In this document: in pieces, positions 27,785 through 35,886 of the stretch
How the letters are laid out: every line of letters begins with the position of its first letter
Numbering within the stretch: the first letter of the stretch is position 1
Virus record (IMG/VR): IMGVR_UViG_3300049215_000529
Span: 62,001 to 126,000 of that record
DNA length: 64,000 nt
Strand: one strand, 5' to 3'
Translations under genes and position numbers: made by a program
Notes under the pieces: generated by a model
What the model saw: the letters and a program-made list of their open reading frames with translations, nothing else
Told to the model about the DNA's origin: nothing
Databases searched by the model: none

Positions 27785-27879
27785 AATTTTCTCAAATTAT
27801 TCAATGTCGAAAACCTGCTTTTATGAGCAGTTGTAAAAATATTACCACAGCTCCCACATTTTAGTTCAATTATTTTCAT
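27730..27879 (-). CDS. 49-aa CxxC ORF running into the orphan scaffold (not in track)
   Basis: MKIIELKCGSCGNIFTTAHKSR...KRL. Confidence 0.35.
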   Translation of the reverse strand: MKIIELKCGSCGNIFTTAHKSRFSTLNNLRKLFTPYSKSLYGIVVLKRL

Positions 27880-27920
27880 GTAATCACATATAACACGATG
27901 TGTGGAGGTGTTCAGTAATT

Positions 27921-28277
27921 TGGTGGAGATGTAGGGTACTGCCCCCTAGTCCGCGATATGCCCTTATCAAAACTCGTTCACAAACTTAGTCAATATCAAC
28001 GTCATTGACAACGTTGCTAGATTGTCGCTCTAGCGGGTTATTTACTGTTTATTTCAAATCCACAATCCGTAGCCGAATGTGGACTCTATCTTTAGTGGGT
28101 TGAATGTCCTTTGATTACCAAAGCTATCTCATCTGGGACATATCATCATGCGGCTAGCGCAAATGATTCAAATGCATTATCGTTTGCATTTATACGTCGA
28201 TTACTTTTGGAGGGGCAATCATCCTCTGTTTGCGTCATTCTGATAATTCGTTATCCCGTCGAATCTATGTCATCCCC
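27921..28277 (-). ncRNA. ssrA: tmRNA, complete; tag ANDNAFESFALAA
   Basis: GGGGATG/CATCTCC-A-CCA with G3:U70, TTCGAC, pk1, tag 28187-28149 then TGATGA, T arm TAGGG-GGCAGTA-CCCTA. Confidence 0.93.
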
Positions 28278-28451
28278 ATTTTTAGTTTTAAGCCATTCTA
28301 TTAAGTCAACAAAGAAATCAGAAACCTTCTGTGCAGCTTCTTTCTCTTCTAAGCCTAACCCATATTTTTTATCCTGCAACCAATAAGATAGTTGAGGCGA
28401 GCCAGGACATTTAGGAAATTTCTGTCTACGAAAACTCTGATACTCTTCCAT
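28251..28451 (-). CDS. hypothetical protein between the two tmRNAs
   Basis: 66-aa ORF; last 9 codons lie inside the tmRNA 5' end. Confidence 0.5.
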   Translation of the reverse strand: MEEYQSFRRQKFPKCPGSPQLSYWLQDKKYGLGLEEKEAAQKVSDFFVDLIEWLKTKNGDDIDSTG

Positions 28452-28466
28452 GAGATCAATCGAGAT

Positions 28467-28746
28467 ACTTAGTCATTGGCAACAAAGACAGATAATCGCT
28501 CCATCGAGCTATCTACTGTTAATCTTATTATCATACATCGTAGCCCTATATGATAACCAGCTTTGTGGGTTGACGTTCTTTTGATTACTCAAGCAGTCTT
28601 ATCTCAGAACGTATGGGCCTTACTCAGGCAGCCATAGCATATGCATTATCGTTTGCATTTATTACGTTGATTACTTTGGTAGGTGTAATCGCCTCTGTCT
28701 GAATCATTTTGTCAATTCTTTACCACGTCGAAACCCGTGCATGCCC
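28467..28746 (-). ncRNA. ssrA: second tmRNA, 3'-truncated; tag ANDNAYAMAA
   Basis: GGGCATG..TTTCGACG, intact pk1, tag 28656-28627; colinear with the complete copy up to GACTAAGT, then no T arm or acceptor end. Confidence 0.85.
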
Positions 28747-28754
28747 TTAAATAA

Positions 28755-28773
28755 AACCCGCATTGTGCGGGTT
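28755..28773 (-). terminator. hairpin plus U-rich tail after tRNA-Thr(CGT)
   Basis: AACCCGCA-CAA-TGCGGGTT-TTATTT. Confidence 0.55.
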
Positions 28774-28847
28774 GGAGCTGATGATCGGTACTGCCCCGAT
28801 GCTATCTCGTTACGAGTGAGATGTTCTGCTATTTAAACTACATCAGC
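28773..28847 (-). tRNA. tRNA-Thr(CGT) with non-canonical GGCAGTA T-loop
   Basis: GCTGATG/CATCAGC-T-CCA, loop CT-CGT-AA, T arm ATCGG-GGCAGTA-CCGAT. Confidence 0.85.
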
Positions 28848-29477
28848 TTTTATAGCGGCTATAACTTCTTTTTCAATCTTATAGCGTTTAGCCCTTTCAA
28901 ATCTACCATTACCTTTATTACGACCTGCAAAAGTAGGTGTTTGAGCGTCACAATTATGGCAGATTAATCGTAGATTACATATGCTGCTATCATGTGGGTT
29001 ACCATCAATATGATCCATAACTAAAGGAACGGGTTTGTTCATCCATTCTGTGATAAAGCAAATTTCACATCGAACGCCTCTTGTTTCTAAGAGAAAATTT
29101 TTTAACCTGCGTACCGATACATTTCTATTATCAGAAGATAATAATTCTTCTTTACTAGACTTCCACTCAAAATCTTTTTGACAAGAATTGCTACAAAATT
29201 TACGATTAGCTCTAGCTGCCTTTTTACCACAAGCTAAACAATTAGAAGCTTCTTGACCGTGCCTTCTAACACCTTTATTGTTGAAAGCGGCACCACATGA
29301 TTGGTTGCAAAAATCATTATATCTTTTCTCATAAGAGATAGGTGCATTGCAAAACTTGCATAATTTTGGATTGGCATTCCAATCATCGATGCGATTTTGT
29401 TTTCGCATAGCTGCTGTTTTTGCAGCTTCAATTCCGCCTAATTTACCAGCTTCACTGGTGGTCAGCCCTTGTCTCAT
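28833..29477 (-). CDS. free-standing HNH homing endonuclease
   Basis: CKFC, FCNQSC, CLACG, FCSNSC, CEIC, MDHIDGN..NLRLICHNC; start at 29477 because the track extension crosses a tRNA. Confidence 0.85.
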   Translation of the reverse strand: MRQGLTTSEAGKLGGIEAAKTAAMRKQNRIDDWNANPKLCKFCNAPISYEKRYNDFCNQSCGAAFNNKGVRRHGQEASNCLACGKKAARANRKFCSNSCQKDFEWKSSKEELLSSDNRNVSVRRLKNFLLETRGVRCEICFITEWMNKPVPLVMDHIDGNPHDSSICNLRLICHNCDAQTPTFAGRNKGNGRFERAKRYKIEKEVIAAIKADVV

Positions 29478-29518
29478 ATGAATGAATATATCAGCTAATT
29501 TTAGGATTCGAACTTTAT

Positions 29519-29593
29519 TGGAGCTGTAGGTGGGGATCGAACCCACGACCACTACTTTACCAAAGTAGTATTCTACCACTGAACTACTACAGC
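29519..29593 (-). tRNA. tRNA-Thr(GGT)
   Basis: GCTGTAG/CTACAGC-T-CCA, CTACT-TTGGTAA-AGTAG, GTGGG-TTCGATC-CCCAC. Confidence 0.93.
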
Positions 29594-29653
29594 TTATTCG
29601 GTTTCAGCTTGTTTCGTACCCAGTATATTCACCGAAAACTTTAACCTGGGACT

Positions 29654-29728
29654 TGGAGCTGGTGCCGAGAATCGAACTCGGGTCTCTGCGTTACAAGGGC
29701 AGGGTCTTACCATTAGGACGAAACCAGC
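29654..29728 (-). tRNA. tRNA-Thr(TGT)
   Basis: GCTGGTT/CACCAGC-T-CCA (one mismatch), loop CT-TGT-AA, CCGAG-TTCGATT-CTCGG. Confidence 0.88.
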
Positions 29729-29740
29729 TTACGTGTACAT

Positions 29741-29768
29741 ATTATAACACTTTATTCCCATGTGTCAA
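29741..29768 (-). promoter_or_regulatory. consensus sigma70 promoter TTGACA-N16-TATAAT for the tRNA/tmRNA run
   Basis: perfect hexamers, -10 ends 12 nt before the first tRNA. Confidence 0.8.
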
Positions 29769-29786
29769 CCGCCCCAAATTAAAAAA

Positions 29787-30572
29787 TTATTGTGGGGCTC
29801 GGAAAATATCGGATCCATGTTTAAAAATATTCGATAAAAAGGATTGGTCCTTGGTGAAAATAGGCAGGTCCGGACTGACCATCCATTTATTCTTCATGGT
29901 ACCATCTTCCATTATCTTAGGCGCCTTATAACAAGCAGCACCTCTCCTAAAAGCCATGGGGCAGTTATTAAAATCAATGTTGGCTTCCTGATTCAATAAA
30001 TCAATCTTTTCATCAACACTCATTCCACTCAACATGTCTTTGATGGTATTTTTATCGTACTTCTTTAATAGTTCATAGAAGCAAGCAGATTGAATAGAAG
30101 TATGAAAATTATTCTGCTGCTTATGTACTAAAGTATTGATGGCTTCCATAATATTCGGTACGGCAAATACTTGAGAGGTGAAGATTGCATCTCCCATTAG
30201 ATTCAAGTCTATAGCGCTGGCACACTTATTGAAGTGCAGAGTAGCGATGGCAGCAGTAACCGAGGCAATCTTTTGGACGCGATTGTCATACCATGGAGTC
30301 GTTTCCTGACTTTGATCATTGCGGGCGATGATTACAATTTCATCATTGTGTTGGTAAGCAAAAAGGGCGCCTTCAACCTCGGTGCAAAGTTTCAACATGG
30401 TTGACATGATGCATTCTGAAAACTTGGGACAGTATGGCTTATCCAATAGCGAAGTCAGCTTAGAGAACGCCCTTCCATTGACACAAATGACAATGGGTAG
30501 ACGAGCTAGAAGCTTGGTGTCTGACGATTCCCGATAGGAATCGATTCTGTCTTTCAGTTTTAGATTTGACAT
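29787..30572 (-). CDS. Thg1/TLP-family protein, first catalytic Asp replaced by Asn
   Basis: VICVNGRAF (normally RxDGxxF), YQHNDEI, WYDNRVQKIASV, FRRGAAC. Confidence 0.85.
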   Translation of the reverse strand: MSNLKLKDRIDSYRESSDTKLLARLPIVICVNGRAFSKLTSLLDKPYCPKFSECIMSTMLKLCTEVEGALFAYQHNDEIVIIARNDQSQETTPWYDNRVQKIASVTAAIATLHFNKCASAIDLNLMGDAIFTSQVFAVPNIMEAINTLVHKQQNNFHTSIQSACFYELLKKYDKNTIKDMLSGMSVDEKIDLLNQEANIDFNNCPMAFRRGAACYKAPKIMEDGTMKNKWMVSPDLPIFTKDQSFLSNIFKHGSDIFRAPQ

Positions 30573-30587
30573 GATAATGAATATAAC

Positions 30588-31121
30588 TTAACGCAATACT
30601 GTCGGGTTATTACTTTTAATACTATTTAGGGTTTGCATCAATCTATCTTGCAAATTATATCCCAATTTTGAGGAAATATTTGGATTAAGCCCAGTTAATG
30701 CTCTAAATTGACCATTGCCCAACATAGCGTCTGCCCAAGTATGAATTTCATTAGGGGTAACTTTCCTTCCATACAAAGAGCCCTTATTCAAAAAAGTATC
30801 ATAAAACATTTGAGCAACAGTGCTGACATTCTTTTGGTCACCAGTGCTAGTACGATCGAGAACTCGGTCTATTATTTTTTGAAAGTTATCTTTGCCTTGG
30901 CTAGCGAAGTGCATAGCATCATTGAGCATTTTGGTCAATGTCCCAAATAGATTAACAGTGGGACCATTATATTCCCTTTTCCTATTAACCAATAACATGC
31001 CAGGTACAGCTGGAGGTGGTGGCAAAGCAGGAACAGTAGCCGCAGGTTGAGCAGGCTGCGTCGTAGGCGGAGTTGCCTGCGCTACCTTCTCTAATAGCTT
31101 AATTCTTAGTTTCCTGTTCAT
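30588..31121 (-). CDS. hypothetical protein (KVAQ motif, Pro-rich N-terminus)
   Basis: 177-aa ORF. Confidence 0.7.
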   Translation of the reverse strand: MNRKLRIKLLEKVAQATPPTTQPAQPAATVPALPPPPAVPGMLLVNRKREYNGPTVNLFGTLTKMLNDAMHFASQGKDNFQKIIDRVLDRTSTGDQKNVSTVAQMFYDTFLNKGSLYGRKVTPNEIHTWADAMLGNGQFRALTGLNPNISSKLGYNLQDRLMQTLNSIKSNNPTVLR

Positions 31122-31209
31122 CTAGTACTTTATGCCGAAAATATAGTAGACCCAGGATTAGGAGCCACATAATTCCATACAATATCCAGCCACCATCAAG
31201 ATCTATCAT
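31099..31209 (-). CDS. 36-aa single-TM peptide (not in track)
   Basis: AAAGGT upstream; MIDLDGGWILYGIMWLLILGLLYFRHKVLDEQETKN. Confidence 0.45.
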   Translation of the reverse strand: MIDLDGGWILYGIMWLLILGLLYFRHKVLDEQETKN

Positions 31210-31249
31210 AATTTACTACCTTTGCGATTCCTATATACCAAAAAGGGGC

Positions 31250-32065
31250 GTGAGCGATATATTCCTGTTAGAAGAATTGTCGGAGAAATTAATGACCACA
31301 TCCATAATGTTTGTAACCTACAACAGATTAGATTTGACAAAAAGAATGTTGGATAGCTTAGTCAAAAATACAAACTCCCCGTACCGACTAATTATTGTAG
31401 ATAATGCATCTACAGATGGTACGGCAGAGTGGCTTATAAAATTGAAGCGCTCCTACCTTAATTATCTGTCTGATTCTACGCATTGTCAAGGCTTAGACAT
31501 TCATATTAACGATAAAAATCTTGGTATCGGTCCTGGTAGAAACAAAGGTTTAGAAATCGCCGCCCAATACAAAGACCCATGGCTTTCCACGCTGGATAAT
31601 GATGTGGAGCTGAATCCTGGTTGGTTAAAAGAATGTATTGAAATTATGGAAGTGAATCCTAGATTGGCATTAGGTCTCAACATGGAAAATGTTGCATACC
31701 CTTTGGTAACTAGGGGCGGTAAGACTTTTCAGGTCAAACCAGCTGGAAATTTAGGAACTGCTTGTACGGTTTTTCATCGTGATTTGCACGATCGCATTGG
31801 ATTCTTTAATACTGAATATGGGCTATATGGTGAGGAAGATGCCGACTTCTTTTTTCGAGCCCGTTTAGTTGGCTGGGATCTTGGTTATTTAAAAGATATG
31901 GGAGTTCACTTTGGTCAAGGTGAATTAGATACGGGTGAGTATAGAGAATTTAAAGATTCTTGTCGCGGAAAAAATCTTGTCAAATTTAGGCAAAACTGTA
32001 GGGATTATGCTGCTGGGCAAAAACCATATTACATTCCGTTGCCCAAATCCGCCAATAATTCATAA
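31250..32065 (+). CDS. glycosyltransferase family 2
   Basis: FVTYNR, IIVDNASTDGT, NKG, LDNDVE, YGEEDAD. Confidence 0.88.
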   Translation: MSDIFLLEELSEKLMTTSIMFVTYNRLDLTKRMLDSLVKNTNSPYRLIIVDNASTDGTAEWLIKLKRSYLNYLSDSTHCQGLDIHINDKNLGIGPGRNKGLEIAAQYKDPWLSTLDNDVELNPGWLKECIEIMEVNPRLALGLNMENVAYPLVTRGGKTFQVKPAGNLGTACTVFHRDLHDRIGFFNTEYGLYGEEDADFFFRARLVGWDLGYLKDMGVHFGQGELDTGEYREFKDSCRGKNLVKFRQNCRDYAAGQKPYYIPLPKSANNS

Positions 32066-32105
32066 TATATAGTGGTAGTCTGATTAAGAATGGAAGAGGT
32101 CAGTT

Positions 32106-34511
32106 TTGTTTGACGGAAAATACCTAGAGTGGAATCAGAAGCGTATTAAGGGAATCCTTGAATTTTATGGCGGACATAAGTTTTGGTACTTCAAAAAAGT
32201 ATTAGATTTAGGTTGTGGTCAAGGCGATATTATTGGAGCCTTGTATCGCTTGGGAGCAGATGTTTTAGCATTAGATGCTAGACAAGAACATTTACAAACA
32301 GCTGGAAAGAAATTCCCCGGATTAAAAACAATCAAAGCCGATTTGGATAGAGATTGGCCTTTTCCTAATAAGAAATTTGATGTTATTTTAGATTTGGGAT
32401 TGCTTTGTCACGTAAGAGACTATGAAGCTCATTTGAGGGCAGTATGTGCATCTACAACTCACTTGATATTGGAAACAGCTGTCTGTGACTCAGATGATCC
32501 AAATAAATGTATTATTTCTTCTGAAAATAAAAACATTTTTGATTTGTCAGTTAATGGTGTTAGTTCAAGACCAACAGCGGCAGCAATTGAAAGAGTGTTA
32601 ACCGAATGCAGTATGAACTTCAAACGTGTCGATAATGCTAAGTTCAATGCTGGTAATTTTACATATGATTGGCAAGTTCAAAATACTGGAGATACTAGTA
32701 TTTTAAGAAGAAGAATTTGGTTTGCAGTTAAAAATAGCAGCCCAATTCAATTTGCTAAGCCAGCGGTACAAAGTACTTATACTCCTCCTCCAATGGCGCC
32801 TCCTCCGATAATGTTTTCTCATCCTGCTTTTAGCGGCAATAATCATGCGCCAAGACTCGCTCAAATTCCAAATATTAATGACACTTTGCCACATAACAGA
32901 CAGATTAGTCAGGCGGGCGCAATTGTTGGAATTTGGAAGAGAGATGGTGCAAATTGGATTTGGGATAACGGCGCCGCCCCAAGTACATCAACAATTCCAC
33001 CACCCACACCAGCATCGAATGGAGTTCCAAATTGGGATAGTCCAATTAAGAAATTCGTAATTGTAATTCCAAGTTATAATAATAGTAAATGGTGTGTTCA
33101 AAATATTAATTCTGCATTAAGTCAAAACTATGATCAATTTAGAATTATATTTACTGACGACTGTTCCAGTGATGATACTTTTACTAAAGTAAGTGAGGCA
33201 GTTAATGCTTCACCTCGCGCCGACAAGGTTACACTAATTAAAAATGTGAACCGTATCGGCGCACTAGCAAATTTGTATAATATGATTCATAGCTGTGATG
33301 ACGATGAAATCATTCTTACACTAGATGGTGATGATTGGTTTCCAGATGACAATGTGTTGAATCGTCTAAAACAGATTTATTCTAGCCGCGACATTTGGAT
33401 GACTTACGGACAATATAAGAATAGTACGGATGGTAGCACTGGTGTGGCTGCACCTTATCCGCCTCACATCGTAAATACTGGAGCATTCAGACATACAACT
33501 TGGGGAGCTTCTCACTTAAGAACTTTCTATGCATGGCTATTCAAGAAGATCAACAAAGAAGACTTGCAGCAGAATGGCAATTTCTTCCAAATGACTTGGG
33601 ACTTTGCTATCATGTTCCCAATGCTAGAAATGTCTGGAGATCATTCTCAATTCTTGTCTGATATTCTATACGTTTACAATCTTGATAATCCAATTAACGA
33701 TCATAAAGTCAGTCGTCAATTGCAACAAAGTCTGGATTCGTACATTAGGAACATGCCGAAGTACGCCAAAACAGAGAGACCACCACCACCAAAGATTGCG
33801 GTTGGATTGTTGCTTATTGCAACCAATAAGTATCAAAAATTTATTCAAGGACTCATCTCTTCGGCAGATAAGTATTTCTTAAATGATAGATTCCAAGTTA
33901 CTTACTATGTATTTAGTGATACTAATAATCAAATTGAAACCAATAGAAATGTAGTACAAATACATATTGATCATAAGCCTTTCCCACATGCCAGCATGGA
34001 TAGATTCAAGCATTTTACAAATTACGCTAGCCAATTTAGCAAACAAGATTTCTTATACTACGTGGACGTAGACTGTTTGTTTGTTGACAACATATCTACC
34101 GAAATTCTTGGCAACTTGGTTGGAGTAAGACACTGCGGATACTTTAGCTCTCAAGGTCCATATGAGCATAATCCACAATCATCTCTTTACGTGCCAGTTG
34201 AATATCCTAAACGTTACAAATACTACTTCGGTGGTGGTTTCAGTGGTGGACAACGCGACAGTTATCTAAACTTATCCCGCTGGTGTAGTGAGATGATTGA
34301 CAAAGACTTAGCCAATGGAATAACTCCAGTTTGGCATGATGAAACGGCTATCAATAGGTATTTCTTGGACAATGAACCAGATATAGTATTGTCTCCAAGT
34401 TATCACTACCCTCAATCAAATATAGAGTATTATCGAAGACAGTGGGGTTCCAATAACTTTCATCCTAAAATCTTGCTCTTAGATAAAAATCACCAGGATA
34501 TACGCGGATGA
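32106..34511 (+). CDS. fusion: class I methyltransferase + Pro-rich linker + GT2 + GT6
   Basis: LDLGCGQG; IPSYN, TDDCS, LDGDDW; LLLIATNKY, YVDVD, YYFGGGFSGG, WHDETAINRYF. Confidence 0.85.
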   Translation: MFDGKYLEWNQKRIKGILEFYGGHKFWYFKKVLDLGCGQGDIIGALYRLGADVLALDARQEHLQTAGKKFPGLKTIKADLDRDWPFPNKKFDVILDLGLLCHVRDYEAHLRAVCASTTHLILETAVCDSDDPNKCIISSENKNIFDLSVNGVSSRPTAAAIERVLTECSMNFKRVDNAKFNAGNFTYDWQVQNTGDTSILRRRIWFAVKNSSPIQFAKPAVQSTYTPPPMAPPPIMFSHPAFSGNNHAPRLAQIPNINDTLPHNRQISQAGAIVGIWKRDGANWIWDNGAAPSTSTIPPPTPASNGVPNWDSPIKKFVIVIPSYNNSKWCVQNINSALSQNYDQFRIIFTDDCSSDDTFTKVSEAVNASPRADKVTLIKNVNRIGALANLYNMIHSCDDDEIILTLDGDDWFPDDNVLNRLKQIYSSRDIWMTYGQYKNSTDGSTGVAAPYPPHIVNTGAFRHTTWGASHLRTFYAWLFKKINKEDLQQNGNFFQMTWDFAIMFPMLEMSGDHSQFLSDILYVYNLDNPINDHKVSRQLQQSLDSYIRNMPKYAKTERPPPPKIAVGLLLIATNKYQKFIQGLISSADKYFLNDRFQVTYYVFSDTNNQIETNRNVVQIHIDHKPFPHASMDRFKHFTNYASQFSKQDFLYYVDVDCLFVDNISTEILGNLVGVRHCGYFSSQGPYEHNPQSSLYVPVEYPKRYKYYFGGGFSGGQRDSYLNLSRWCSEMIDKDLANGITPVWHDETAINRYFLDNEPDIVLSPSYHYPQSNIEYYRRQWGSNNFHPKILLLDKNHQDIRG

Positions 34512-35221
34512 TTTCGTTCAAAAACTTAGGAAATATGGGAAGGTTGGGAAACCAATTATTTCAAATAGCTACAACAATATCGTTGGCTGTTGAAAATAAT
34601 GAAGAATATATGTTCCCAGAATGGGAATATTCTTCCTATTTTAGCTTAACTCGTTGTTTTTCCAACAACATTCCTAATTTAGAGACATATAAAGAATCGG
34701 GTTTCGTGTACACCCCGATTCCTTATCGACCCAACTTAAATTTGGAAGGATTTTTTCAATCCGAAAAGTATTTTATTAGGTCTCAAGATATAATACAAAA
34801 TTTACTAACTCCTAAAGTAGGTGGACCTATTCAATGGGATCATACTGCAGTACATATTAGGCGTGGTGATTACTTAAATCTTAAACAGGAGTATGTTCAG
34901 TTGGGTATGGATTATTACTCAAAAGCTATGCAAATGACAGCAACTAAGAATTATATTATATTTTCTGATGATATGGCTTGGTGTAAAGCAAATTTTCAAG
35001 GTGATAACATTACATTTTCAGAAGGCAAGTCACCAGTAGAAGATTTGGCATTGATGTTGAGCTGTGAACACACAATTATAGCTAATAGCAGTTTTTCTTG
35101 GTGGGGAGCTTACTTAAATAAGAATCCCTCTAAAATTGTAATTGCACCTCAAAGATGGTTTGGACCGAATTTGCCACATGATACGAGAGATTTGTTGCCT
35201 TCCCAATGGACAAAATTATGA
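34508..35221 (+). CDS. glycosyltransferase family 11 (alpha-1,2-fucosyltransferase type)
   Basis: GRLGNQLFQ, VHIRRGDY, IANSSFSWWGAYL. Confidence 0.92.
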   Translation: MISFKNLGNMGRLGNQLFQIATTISLAVENNEEYMFPEWEYSSYFSLTRCFSNNIPNLETYKESGFVYTPIPYRPNLNLEGFFQSEKYFIRSQDIIQNLLTPKVGGPIQWDHTAVHIRRGDYLNLKQEYVQLGMDYYSKAMQMTATKNYIIFSDDMAWCKANFQGDNITFSEGKSPVEDLALMLSCEHTIIANSSFSWWGAYLNKNPSKIVIAPQRWFGPNLPHDTRDLLPSQWTKL

Positions 35222-35886
35222 CGATATACGAGAAAACCAGCAACTTCTATAATCAAAAAATAAATATTTCTAATATTAGAGAGTGGAGATTTGAATTCTT
35301 CGCAAAAACATGTCTTGGAAAGAGGGTTCTACATATAGGTTGCGCCGATTCGATGGTGTATGATCCCGAATCTAATCTTCATATTTATCTATCAAAAATA
35401 TATCAAAATAGCGACGAGTCACCCGCTCCCACTACCGTCTTGCACGGATTAGATATTGATGTTGAAACTACCAAAAAACTTTTAGAGGCATGTCCTGGAA
35501 CCTATTTTACATCATATGAGGATGTAAAAGAGGAATATGATATAGTTTTAGTTCCAGAAGTAATAGAACACGTTCCAAATGTTAATTCTTTTCTTAAAGA
35601 CATATTTTCAGTTAAATCTAAAGAATATTTAATTACTGTACCTAATATGAGTGTTGCTCAAATATTTTGTGATGATGAATATGCATTAGAGATGGTTCAT
35701 CCTGATCATAAATATTGGTTTTCACCTTATACACTATATAATACAGTAATACCTTTCCTTCCAGAAAATTTCAAAATGAAAATGTACTATCTAGAAAGAA
35801 AAGCTCAAATAGGAATACATTTCCAAAAGAAAACTGATTGTGAACTACACCTAGAGCAAAAAGAACAAGAGAAGGCGGCAGTATGA
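35206..35886 (+). CDS. class I SAM methyltransferase-like protein
   Basis: VLHIGC, HGLDID, EVIEHVPN, ITVPN. Confidence 0.7.
   Translation: MDKIMTIYEKTSNFYNQKINISNIREWRFEFFAKTCLGKRVLHIGCADSMVYDPESNLHIYLSKIYQNSDESPAPTTVLHGLDIDVETTKKLLEACPGTYFTSYEDVKEEYDIVLVPEVIEHVPNVNSFLKDIFSVKSKEYLITVPNMSVAQIFCDDEYALEMVHPDHKYWFSPYTLYNTVIPFLPENFKMKMYYLERKAQIGIHFQKKTDCELHLEQKEQEKAAV

Noticed and set aside
27899-27912. ACACCTCCACA just after the tmRNA CCA as an att-site duplicate
   Set aside because: Short, mismatched, and no integrase in the window.
24599-27920. IStron (group I intron-IS605 hybrid), suggested by right ends finishing in TCAG
   Set aside because: Only about 125 nt lie between the left end and tnpA, no group I core is visible, and the intact element is antisense to the gene it disrupts.
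26017-28386. Track ORFs 26017..26256 (-) and 28111..28386 (+)
   Set aside because: Shadows of the tnpB end/omegaRNA and of tmRNA, with no protein features.
28467-28847. Permuted two-piece tmRNA using the upstream GGCAGTA-loop RNA as acceptor piece
   Set aside because: That RNA is a self-contained cloverleaf; its CATCAGC strand pairs with its own 5' end and only 3 of 7 with GGGCATG.
29478-29931. Track ORFs 29653..29931 (+) and the 5' extension of 28833..29579
   Set aside because: They run across tRNA genes; a better HNH start with an upstream motif exists at 29477.
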